This document shows, piece after piece, positions 11,948 through 22,900 of a DNA stretch of 35,767 nt. Position 1 is the stretch's first letter. Each line of letters opens with the position of its first letter. Source of the DNA: Klebsormidium nitens (lineage: Eukaryota; Plantae; Klebsormidiophyceae); assembly GCA_000708835.1 (NCBI GenBank), contig DF237708.1, forward strand, positions 1 to 35,767, in the 5' to 3' direction. The position numbers and the translations under genes are program-made. The notes under the pieces are model-generated. The model was not told the DNA's origin. It saw nothing but the letters and a program-made list of their open reading frames with translations, and did no database searches.

Positions 11948-12247
11948 CTTCCGCAGCAGCCTATTTCCGCTCTGGCACAGTTCCCCTCTAGACTGATTCC
12001 GCTCAAAAACGCGTCCGAAGCGAAACCCGTTATCAAAACCTCCAAGCAGGGATGCCACCCCTTCGGCTTAAGGCTTCAAGCCGGAAGGTCCCTTTCGAAG
12101 CTCAGGAAGTTAGCTCCTCCTTTCTGCGGGTTTGGTCAGTCCGGCCCAACGAGTCGGGCTGTGGAGCAGACACGGTTAACAGACCCTGGAAATGGCTTCC
12201 CCGAATGTGACCTTCTGCCTTTCCCCCAGCAACCGGCGCTTTCCCTT

Positions 12248-15200
12248 CTAAGGGCGCGGGTTAACGGACAGTTGCGGCAGTTGAACGATTTCCGCTACGT
12301 CGGGGAAGCGGTCCATCAACAGGACGTCCGGGTGCGGTTGGCCGTCCGGATGGCGGGTGTCGGCGTCCGACTGGCGGATTCCGGCGTCCGAAGAGCGGGC
12401 TCCGGCGTCCGAGTCGCCGTTCTGAGCGTCCGGACGGAGGGTTGAGCTGTCCGGATGGGAGAAACGGACATCCGACGGCTCGTCTTGAAGCTCGTCGATG
12501 AAGCCGAACCAGTAGATGACCAGGCCGGGGCCAAAGCGGTTGACGTACCTGGAAGGAGAGCAGCAAAAGGAAGCGTCACGTGAGCAGGGAGGGGTTAAAG
12601 CAAATTCGAACCTTCTTTGAATTCTTGTTGACAACTACCAGAAGGTTCAATTCTCGAAAGGCCATAAAAAGATTGTCACTCGAGTAGATAAGGTTTCGAA
12701 GAAGACTGTGGTTGATGAGGTGTCGCCCAAAACGGAAGGACGAGAGAAAACACAGGACGATTCGACGAGAAAGGAGAGAACGAAGTCAAAGTAAGAAAGA
12801 AGAGCACCAGCAAAAACGACAACAAAAGGGGACAACATTGCACAGAAAGGATAGACATTAGGAGGAGGCTACTATCTCACAAGGGAAAATAATATAGGGA
12901 GGACGTAGGCAAAACAGACGACGAGACGCCCGCCTTGCTGACTTCGCACCCTGCTCAAAATCATGCGCTCCTCCTAGTTAAATTGTTGACTTATCTGTCC
13001 AGAGGAGAAAATACGAAGGATGAAGGATGAAAAGAACGTCGGACACAGAAGACGTAATTTACCCCTGGAACTGCTCGCCCGCCTGCTGGCGGTGCATGTA
13101 GTCGTCCCCGAAGCTGGCCTTGCTGTCGATCCACGTTACCACGCGGCCGCGCACCCCAATCGGCACCAGCAGCCTGGCGTCCGGGGTTTTGCTAAACCCT
13201 GCCTCGCGCAGGTCGTCCTCGGTCTCGAATGCAACACCAGCGTCGTTCAGAAGAGCGTAGAGCTTCGCCTCATATCTTGCGCAACGATAGAGGGTTTCGG
13301 TCAGCGATGAGACTTCGCTTGAAGCGGTATTGCCGAAACCCCGCCTCGCGCAGGTCTTTCTCCGTCTCGGACGCTATGCCGACGTCTTTCAGGAGAGTGT
13401 AGAGCTTTGCTTCGTACCTGAGCAGAAGAGTAGTACGAGGTTGAATGGACCGAAGGGGTTTTGAATGCAAAAAAGGGTTTGTGCAAAACCCGCCTCGCGC
13501 AGGTTCGAAGAGAGTAGAGCTTTGCTTCATACCTGTGCGGAGATAGAGACGGCTTTTGGTTGGCAAGTCTCTATGTCATTAGTTAGCTCTTGTTTGGAAG
13601 CTCGGTCGGAAGGTCTTACTCGACCCCGCCTTGCTTGGGTCGTTCTCTATCATGAGCGCAACGGCGACGTCGTTCAAGACGCGCAGAGCTTCGCTCCACA
13701 CCCGAAAGGAGAGCGAAGAGGAGGAGATAAATACAAAGTCAAGGAGATCTTTCAGGGGTTACTGATTCTGCGCTCGCGCAGGTCGTTTCCGTTCCAAAAT
13801 TGACACCGATGTCCTTGAGGACAGAGCAGAGCTCCGCTTTGTACATGGGCAAAGAAGCGACAAAGAGGAACGATTAGATCGAAGTTCTCAAGGGAAAAGG
13901 ACTGTTGTGTAGAGCATTGTCAGTTTTGCCTCCTAAAAGCAGCCTCGTAGATGCCATGTTGATGTCTTGTGAGAGACAACGGAGCGTTCAAGGGGGCCAG
14001 AGTCTGAAGGGCCTACCCGATGTGGCTCAATTGAAGAGTGAGACCGAACAGACAGCGAACAAGCGGAAAACTATTTGCAATGAGCAGAAAGAGGAAGTAT
14101 AGGCTTCAGTTGCTAGTGCTCTTTCAGACGTTGCTTGGTCAACCGATCGGAGAGACGAAAGACAAGTTAAGGCCTAATTCTTGCTCCCGCACATAGGGTT
14201 GAAATTGAACGAGAAAGCCCCAAACTACAATGACCAGTTCAGCCGTAAGATACGAAGCAAACAACGAACTGAATTCAGTTGATTGCGGACACACCAAATA
14301 GTAACTCAAGCTATAGAAGCACATTGTTTCGTGCGGGGGCAAGAGGAGGGATCCCAGGGGCCTTACTCTAGCCCCAGCTTCCTCCGTGCCACATCGACGT
14401 CCGGTGCGGTTACTAGGTCAGCCCTCACACACGCCCGTACCTCGTGTTGCAAGCGGGCGCCGTCAATCTCTAAGTGCGCATCTTTTCCAGACGGGCCGCT
14501 CACCTGGCAAGAGAAGCAGCGAGGTTGTAGCACTCACTGGTCGAGTAGAAACACAGCTGAAAAAGTCTTTGTCACAAAAGATGACACGCAGGTCCACCGC
14601 CCAGGTGATTCAAATACTTCATGAGTTCTGGCAGCTTTGGACGTGACAACATCTGGCGGGGACATTTGCTGGTGCTCCGGCGATTGGAATGAAGCACGTT
14701 TCTTTCTTAGCAGTTGCGGTGTCATTTGAGCGTGTTCCTGGCAACAATGGACCTCTCTTGAAGCTAGCATGCAGACTTGGGGTTGGCGCTTGTGAAGCAA
14801 ATCCAGCACGCTTCCTTCTCTGAAGAACCTCATCAGCATGCAATTACAAAAAGCTTAGCCTGTTGAGCGGCCTCGTCTCTCTAGTCCTCGCTCCTCTGCC
14901 TTTTCCTTCCTTGCTTACTCCAGCTGCCTTTCTGAGTTGAGGCTGTACATGGTCCATTGTGCTTCCACAATCTAATCAGACACTTTGCCCTGGCACGGCT
15001 TAGATAGCAGATAGTTCGCACCTACCTCAACAGTGCATGTGTTGCTTGGTATGGTTGCGGGGTCCTTCAGCAATGCAGACACGGCCTGCTTAGTAACGCC
15101 CAGCACTCGTTCAATTGTGAGTCGCGCTAAGAGAGCGGGGGGAAGATCGATTGCGTCTGCGATTGCAAGCAGCCTCTGACCTTGTGTGTACCTGAAATAA

Positions 15201-15666
15201 ATGGAGAAAACGCTGAGTTGGTTGGATGGATGAAGAAATTTTAGGCCCCAGGCTGGGAACTATGTCAGGAATCGATCATGCATTGTTGATTTCAGCAATA
15301 ACTTTGTCTCAGCTTGTAATTTGAGGTTGCCCTTTTGACCCTGAAACGAAGTACCGCAATAGAACAAAATGATCGAGCTGCTTTTAGTACAGCATTCTGG
15401 CCCCTGAGAGTTTCCTGCTGTTGCTGTTTAATTTGCAAATCTTGCACGATCTTTGCAGTCAACCCTGCATACCTGATCAAGTATTCGTCAACTTTCTTCC
15501 TGTGCCTGTGATGAGACGCTCTCACGCGCAGCTGCACGTCTTGGGCGTAGATGCAATAAATGGTCTCCGCCGATACTCCCACAAACTTTTTCTTCGCCTC
15601 TTCTAATCTGCCGTCTTCTCGCCTCTGAACAAAAGCGCGTATGGCTTCATACAGGGCCAGCTTCAT
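12248..15666 (-). CDS. CDIN1: CDAN1-interacting nuclease 1 (C15orf41/TPD-domain) homolog, 5 exons, ~336 aa
   Basis: Exons 15666-15473, 15191-15026, 14503-14367, 13275-13063, 12548-12248 join in frame. Motifs: IDLPPALLARL, LGLEYEAKL, LREAGFSKTPD...VTWIDSKASFG (PD-(D/E)xK), [24 protein letters not shown]. These closely follow human C15orf41 as I recall it (KTPD...WIESKASFG...[15 protein letters not shown]). Confidence 0.92.
12322..12475 (-). repeat. Coding 21-bp (7-aa) degenerate tandem repeat in the CDIN1 last exon
   Basis: On +, the core GTCCG/ATCCG recurs at 12344, 12365, 12386, 12407, 12428, 12449, 12470 (exact 21-nt period), plus 12326. It encodes SHPDSST LRPDAQN GDSDAGA RSSDAGI RQSDADT RHPDGQP HPDV. 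Confidence 0.85.
13330..13870 (-). pseudogene. Four degenerate tandem copies (pseudo-exons) of the CDIN1 intron-3 acceptor and exon-4 5' end
   Basis: Units start at 13417 (YEAKLYTLLKDVGIASETEKDLREAGF), 13532 (YEAKLYSL-del-NLREAGFAQTP), 13701 (frameshifted ..AKL..LNDVAVALMIENDPSKAGSSKT) and 13844 (YKAELCSVLKDIGVNFGTE..LRE). The real exon starts at 13275 (YEAKLYALLNDAGVAFETEDDLREAGFSKTPD). Spacing is 142/115/169/143 nt. Confidence 0.88.
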
Positions 15667-16353
15667 CAGCGTGGCCTTACGTGGATTACTAGACAACACA
15701 TGGCACCTCTCGACTCTTTCTGCTTTATCATGGATCCCCTATGAGTATCGACAGGAAAATCAGATGGCTTGGTTCATTGTGCTGGACGATCATGTTGGAA
15801 CTCCATCGAAGCATGTCCTTCTGATCCTTTGTCAATGGGCATCTGGACATTGCAAACGGAAAATACAGGCCTTTTTAAAGAGATACCTATACCTATGTCA
15901 TTGTCAAGCTGAAGAAATGCGCAAATGTGAGGCCAGTGCAGATTTGAATTTGAAAAGACTAGTACCGTCCTTCTCCCGTTATCGTCAAATTACAATGGGG
16001 CGTCACCTCTCCCGACATCGGCAACGGCGGAGGTGCCGGTCCTTCGAGTTCCAACGGCAAAGGTGGCCGGGGCCCGGGTCTCGGCACAAATGCAGGCTCG
16101 AGATCTTCACTCAGACTACTGCAGTACATACAGTGTCAGAAGCCTGTCAAGGTCCAGCTGTGCAACAGCTCAGAAACACTCCTGAGAAAGTCCGCTACCT
16201 ATCCTACAGATCAGCACATTCTGCGTGCACTCAGCACTGTCTTCATCAATCACTAGGATAGCTAGTGAGATCAGGCCGCATAAAGTTCCAGTGAAGGGCC
16301 TCCGATTGAGCACTTGTACTGATCCAGAAGGGAAGACGATTGGAGGGTAGAAG
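15667..16353. promoter_or_regulatory. Probable bidirectional promoter between CDIN1 (-) and MTFP1 (+)
   Basis: The divergent start codons are 687 nt apart, with a GC-rich core at about 16010-16090. Confidence 0.55.
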
Positions 16354-18721
16354 ATGGAAGAGGCGACGGACCCACAGCTCATCGGCGGGGACAAGGAGGA
16401 GCGCGATAACTTCCGGGACACGTCCGTGCGCTATCTGGGTTTTGCGAGCGAGCTTGGGGAATCCTTCAAGAACATCATCGGCAAGACGTTCTACAAAGCT
16501 AGGTGAGCAAAAGCTAAGGACTGAAGATAAGAGTACAAGGTCTTCGAATGTTGGGGAAGAAAGCATTTTGAACAGGAGCACGGTGTTATGCAAGACCTTG
16601 ACTCAATGTTGGTAGCCAAATGCGAGAAATGCTAGAAAGAAGTACCACCAGCCTATCGCCTGAATTTGAGGGCGCTTTCCTGTGTGTAAGACTCATCTGC
16701 ATGCAAGCTTCAAGCCGTGGTTTCAGCTCCATGCTTCTTGCTCGATCAGTTTCATCATAAGAAGAAGTACTGCAACACCTTGGCAGATACCCGCTTGCAT
16801 GCAGCGTACACAATGCTGCGGCAGGAGGGCAGTCTGCACTGTTCTTCCAGCTCATTAGTACCAGTTCGTTTATAAGCGCTGGTTGTGTTTCCTCAAGGTG
16901 ACTCTTTGTGTTTTTTCTGCCATTCTGTAGAAAAAAGAGTATTGAAAGGAACTGAATCCAGCATATAGTCTGTCACTTTCCTGATGAAGTCCCCTGCTAC
17001 ACTCCCCCAGTTATGGCGTAGCGATCTCGTATGTCGCTGCCGATGCGATCGAGAAGGGGTGGAAGGAACGGCAGCGTCGATTAGAAGGTCCTTCTCGGAC
17101 GTCCAACCAGCCCCGCAACGTGGATTCAGACACAGCGGTTGAAAATTCAAACACTCAGGACGGAAAGTCGGACACAAGGGTTGCCAATATGGAGACAAGT
17201 GAAACAGCAGCCAGTACTTCCTCTGGGGAAGGCCAGAAGGCTGACGTGGAAGCAGGGGAGACTGACACCTGGCCGCCAGTGGCTGCGGCGCTGGACTCGC
17301 TGATGTGGCACGGTCTGGTAAGATCTGCACTTTGAGCTTCTCTTGCTCTAGCAATGAAAGCGGCCAGTTTCGAGTGTCTTCTCCATAGTTGGAGAAACCA
17401 GCTTTCGTAGCTTTCTCAAGTGTTCAGAAGATCAGGTCTCAAGCGACGGACAAGTCCGCTGTTTCAGGAGCATTCTCTGTCGAGGAAACTCGTCATTAAG
17501 TAATCCCTCCAGCAGGTCGCGAATTCGTTGTATTTGTTTTAAAAAAGAGGGTTGAGAGGAGGCTTGCAATGTGTCAAACCATCTAGCAGATCATCGAGGG
17601 ACGACCAATTATTTGGGTTTGAATACCAACAAGTCGTTGTGATCAACTGGTCCACTGCTGGTTTTAGAAGGAGCCCAAAAGAGCAAGCTGACAAGCTGGT
17701 GCTATGGTCATTCATTGCCGGGCTGGTAAAATGTCGGGTGTTTTTTAATTGCAAGTTTTTGAGACACTCTGCTTCCTTCTCTTAAAAGCGACCTCATTTA
17801 AGCTATTTTACAGCTTAGATTTAACTGACGTTGTATTCCTGTCATGTGCAGGCCACGGTGGCAATTCCGGGTGTTACCATCAACCGAGCCGTTAAATATG
17901 CCACGCAGTTCATGGACAGACTGGGTAAGAAACGCTCTTCTAGCGTCAATTGAAGTATCTGGATTGTACAAACACGTTTTTTCTTTCGCAGCAACAAAGG
18001 TCGTTTCTTTCCTCCCCGTCTTGCCTCCTTCAATGCAAGGGGCATGGGGCAAGACGAATCCCGTCGCTGATGCGTGGTTTGGTGTGTTGAACGATGTCAT
18101 ATACTTGCCCGAGACACTGTATTCGCACTCTTCTAGAATCAAGATGTTTGCAGTCTAGCTTTGCCCACTGCAAACCCGTTTTTATGAGAAGCAGGAGGCT
18201 ATTCAAGCGACCTCGTTGCAAAAGCATTCCTTCGTCTCCTATTTGGTCGCTTGACAAGGGAAGCCTGGTTGGCAACACAAGAAAGCAAATGCACCATCCT
18301 CCAGCCTGGTTGCTTGGGTCCTTTTCAACTCCAAATTGGGTTGCGCTTTGCCTGTCTTCTTATTCAGGGCCGGGTCTGTTTGCTCTTAGACAGATGTTGC
18401 ATCCGTTCGATTGGCTTCGCTTTGACGCCCTCTGACAATGTCGAGCTGGTGATGATGGTCTCTGTACCACCTGGCTTTTCTTCTGCTGATCCCTCTCCGC
18501 TTTTCCCGTTGTTAACAGAGAACCGACGCCTCGAAAAAGTGACAACCGGAAAGTCCAAAGCCGTGAGCCCTCGAGCACCAATGGCCCTCAAGAGATGGGT
18601 GCCGGCAGCGGTCGGTCTAGCTCTCATACCCTTGATCGCCCACCCAGCAGATCAAAGCATGGACTATCTCATGGATATAGCTGTGAGGCCGTACTTCGGC
18701 ACTCAAAAGCACCGTGAATGA
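16354..18721 (+). CDS. MTFP1: Mitochondrial fission process protein 1 (MTP18), 4 exons, ~243 aa
   Basis: Exons 16354-16502, 17011-17317, 17852-17924, 18519-18721. Motifs FRDTSVRYLGFASELGESF, SYGVAISYVAADAIEKG, DSLMWHGLATVAIPGVTINR, VGLALIPLIAHPADQSMDYLMD match the MTP18 family pattern. Confidence 0.9.
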
Positions 18722-19925
18722 GGCTGTTAGTTTTCAAGTAGAGTTCTATCATAGCTTGCATGCACGCGGATGGTCTCGATTGGTAGGTAGACGGAAGCTC
18801 GCGCCTGTCACAATGTAAGCTATGAATCTGGCAGCGGCTTGAAGCCCGAGAGTGAAGTTGTCGCTCTCCACTTCTTGCTTGCACGTGGGTAGCTAGAAGA
18901 AGCAGACAGAGGGTTCTAGCCACATCTCTTTCTTGTAGTAGCCAAGGTTTCTTTTGGAGAGAAGAAGAGTTCAATTTGCGTACTAGGAGTAGAGCAAGCG
19001 ACAGGTCAGAGTTATGTACCATACGCTTTGTTCAGTGCCAGCTAGGTAGATGAATTAGAAAAAAGTACGACTGTAAAGTAGAGTAGAGGTCTCCGCTCAA
19101 TGCCTCTGGCTTGTAGCCACAGCGTATATGAAAAGCAGCGGTGCACTTAGGCTACCTCGAGTGACAACAGCACTGCGTTCATGTGATACCAGCGAATGAT
19201 GCAGGCCGTTCATCGCATTTTCCGGCTCCTGGCATGGCGGTGGTAAGGCCGCCGGTGGCATGCAAGCTCGTAATTGGCCCGTACTTAAACACTCTGCCCA
19301 TTGATGCACTAGTCATTGCAAGTGCTGAATTTGTCGCGGCCGCAGCGTCGTGTCACATGCAACATGATGCACTGAGTGCATGCATGACCTGCCTAGTGCG
19401 GTTCAGTGCGTGCATGTGCAGCAGCCACGTATAGGGCCATGCAGCTGGCCTCGACTTTATTCAAAATATAAACGCTGACGCATGTGCACTTTAGTCGCTC
19501 TAGTAAAGCCGGATTAAGAAAACCAGCTCTCTGGATAATTCTGATGCATGACAGCAGAATCATTGATTGGGAGTATGTCGATGTGTATCAAACGATACAC
19601 AGCAATCGATGGACAATCTCGTCATGATTGCTTCGGGATGAACTGAGTGCGCTAGCTCTATGTGATGAAATCATCAAAGTCCTCGATCCGAACTGCGATG
19701 AAAGCAACCTTCTGCGTCTGTATAGGTATCAGTTAGTGTATTCTTTATATTTTAGAGGGGACAAAACGTAAGTTTTCTCAAAGTGAATGTTTTCGTATAC
19801 AATGCTTCTGTTTCCGGCTATGTCTGCGTGCTTCAAACTTTTCCTTCTTTTGTACCTGAACTACAGATGCTTACCAAGTCGGGTTTAGCACTGGTTTGAG
19901 ATCCGAGTCATCATGGAGCCCTCAA

Positions 19926-22900
19926 TTACAACCGCGACCTGGGACTGTCCTCCAAGGGAGCGGCCTGCATTGAGAACCGGGAACGGATAAGGTCCTGACA
20001 CCTGTGTATAAGATCGCTTTCTAAAGTGAAAGCGGCCTTTGCAGAGAAGCTACCCAGAAAATGAAGGGTCGGCGTTTATCTTTGGCAGAGAGGTGGCGTC
20101 CCAGCAAAGCGTGCATCAAAGTACAAAAGTGCATGTTAAAGTTTGATTATGCGTCGGCGCCCTTACCAACTTGACGCCCTTTGAAGCTCGCTCGGCGAGG
20201 AACGCGCTGGGCTTGAAGAACCCGCCGTAGAGCTGGCTCCACTTGCTCAGCTTCTCGTGCACGTACTTGACGCCGATGGAGTCGCCCCACCAGACGACTC
20301 CGCCTCTGCAAACAGGGGAGGATGAGTATCAAGAAAACAAGGCGGACTCTGTTACTCTCATTGGCCGTTCGGAGTTCTCATTTTGCGCGACAGGTGTGCT
20401 GATATCACAGCTGGAAAAGCTCGGTCATCAAAATCTGTCCTGGTCAAGACTGCGGTGCACCATCGGACACTCTGGGAAAATCCGTACAACCGCCGTCCGA
20501 GCCCTTCGTCGACGAAAAAGAACGACTGCCTTCGTGACCGTTCAGGATTCCTCTCGCAATGCGATCCACTCACACGCAAAAAGAGGTCGGTCATCAACGT
20601 TCCCTTGCTTCTTAGGAAGGGAGTCACTCACCTGTACGGGGGAAAGCCCATGGAGAGCACCGACGCAATGTCCAAGTCGCCACCGCTCTGCACAATCTGC
20701 TCTTGAAGCACCCGCGAGGCCTCGTTGACAACCGGAAAGAAGATCATCTCCACAATCTCTTGGTCGGATACTTGAAGCGGCTGCGAAACAGCAAAAAGGG
20801 AGGGGTCGGTGGGGTTTGACAGATCGCATGCAAACGAGACCTTGAATTGCTTGCGGTGACAGTTGCAAGCAGCAAGAACCATGTATGCGTACTTGCGGTC
20901 GAAGCACCGTCAGCGGCTGAGTACTGCACCAATCGTGACACTACAGGAAAGGGGCAAACGACGAACCCAGAGCAAATCAAAGGGACGCAAATTCATGGGT
21001 GTCCTGCGCTAAACGTTTCATATACGAGGCCAGCTTTGGTCTAGCACTACGAACCGATCCCAAAAGCCTGAGAAGTACTTGGAGCACCAAAGGAACCTAC
21101 CCTGCCTTCGGGCATGATACCCGCCGCCTTCCGAGATTGCTCGACGTACTTCTGCAGCTCCGGGTCCGGCTTGTTCTTGCGCTTGTCGTCGTAGACGTAG
21201 AAGCCCTTCTTCGTGCGCTCCCCTGTGGAGACACGAGGTTTAAGCCGATCAAAATAGAGGAAACAATCTGCCACACTCCCTCCAGACCAATCCAGTCAGC
21301 AACCTGGATGCGGAACGCACAGGCAAACAGGCAACACTCGTAACAGACAAAAAGAAGCTTTATGCACGGGGCGTTATCGGCAAGAACGGCTGCCGGTCCT
21401 ACTACTACAAGTATAGAAGGATTACGAAGAGGAAGGATGCAAGAGGGGGAGTCGGGCAACCGTAAGCTTACCGAAGCGTTTGTCGTCGAACAGCAGTTGG
21501 ATCATCTTCGACCCGTACGTTCGGTCAGGCCACTCGGCCAGGTACTGCTTCCCGGTGAGGTATGCGACTTGCATGCCGACCAAGTCGGCGAGCCTGCAAA
21601 GAGTACCCAGCTCGCTCAAAGAAGTCGCCAATGGTCTTGACCTGCAATCTTAATCTTGTGACCATATACGCTTGTAAACACCCTTTCGACAGACACGCAA
21701 CCATCTTACAGTAAAAGTCTCATAGTGCGTCACTCAGGCACTCAAAACGCAGCAACACCGACGCCCAGCCAAGAGATGCTGAAGATTGGTGACGCCGACC
21801 AGAATCGACCGTTTCGCTTGCAATCAATTTTGCACGAAATCGGCTGACGATCCACCCAATGTCTCGGAAATTGATCTTCTGCTTTGCACAGCTACTCGTT
21901 TAGCGCAAAGATTCACGAAGTTAATTACCTGAAGGGTCCCATGGGCATGCCAAAGCTCTTGATGACCTTGTCGATCCGGTAGGGGTCCACGCCGAGGTCA
22001 ACGAGCAGGCTGGCGGCCATGGTGTATGGGAAGAAGACCCGGTTAACAGCAAACCCGGTGCAGTTCCCAACCACAACCGGCGTCTTCTTAATGGTCTTGC
22101 CGAGGGTCAAAAGGTCCACGATCGCCTGGTTGGACGTTCGGTCGGTGCGTACGATCTCCAGCAGGGGCATGACGTGAGCGGGGCTGCACAAGGGAGACGG
22201 CGGCATCCTGGTTTGTTATCTGGCATTTCGCTTCTGTCCGCAATCATTTTTGTCAAACGAGATCCCTCAACCTCTAGGTCCAAATCTATGATGAGAATAA
22301 TGCACCGAAGAAGCCGTAGAACGCCCTTGTTCTCAGCACCCCTAGACCCCTCTGGGAAAGATTTCGGCTTGACACATCCGCATACGGAAGCTCCCATATG
22401 CTGTTTGAAACCTGTCGAAGCCGAGCTGCCAGACAAGATGTTCACAGGCTTTTCACATCAGTAAACAAAAGCAAATACCGATTTATTCGTGCTATTCGTC
22501 GTCCGACCAACGAGATGGATATCTGGATTCAGAATCGCCAGCAGAAGAGAGAGCAGCACCTGAAGAAGTGGGCCCCAATGATCCGGTCCTGTGCGTTGGT
22601 CTTCTTTCCCACGAGGTTGATGTCGATGGTGGAAGTGTTGGTCGCTAGCAGCGCTTGAGGGGAGCAATACTTCTCGAGGTCGGCGAAGATGTTCTGCTTC
22701 AGACCAATGTCCTCAATGACCGCCTGCGAGGAATTTCAAAAGTAATTAGGCTTGAAGAGGCTCCAAAAGTTTTGTAGAGTGCGCATGATGCGATGCGTCG
22801 AAACGTTCGGCGAATCGCCGCTATTTCCGACGGCAGTGCCGAACGCTACCAGCTGGTTCGTTCGGGAGTGAAATAGTGTTGACATCACCATGAACAGGTT

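Noticed and set aside
11948-12058. GTG-initiated N-terminal extension of DUF71 (and likewise 34528-34638 for the F-box gene)
   Set aside because: Eukaryotic context; family similarity begins at the first ATG in each case.
11690-12445. 251-aa plus-strand ORF overlapping DUF71 and CDIN1
   Set aside because: Antisense to two real GC-rich coding regions, starts at a non-ATG codon, and has no recognisable motifs.
13275-13870. Regularly spaced ~143-nt repeats considered as a CRISPR-like array
   Set aside because: The units are degenerate copies of a eukaryotic exon, not short identical repeats with unique spacers.
14534-14839. Minus-strand ORF containing REGSVLDL as a possible extra CDIN1 exon
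   Set aside because: Exons 2 and 3 already join in frame and cover the expected family alignment; similarity is too weak.
15641-16261. 206-aa plus-strand ORF across the CDIN1/MTFP1 promoter
   Set aside because: No domain-like features or splice support; its composition looks like translated non-coding DNA.
19662-19760. C-box-like GTGATGA suggesting a C/D snoRNA
   Set aside because: No properly spaced CTGA D box or terminal stem.
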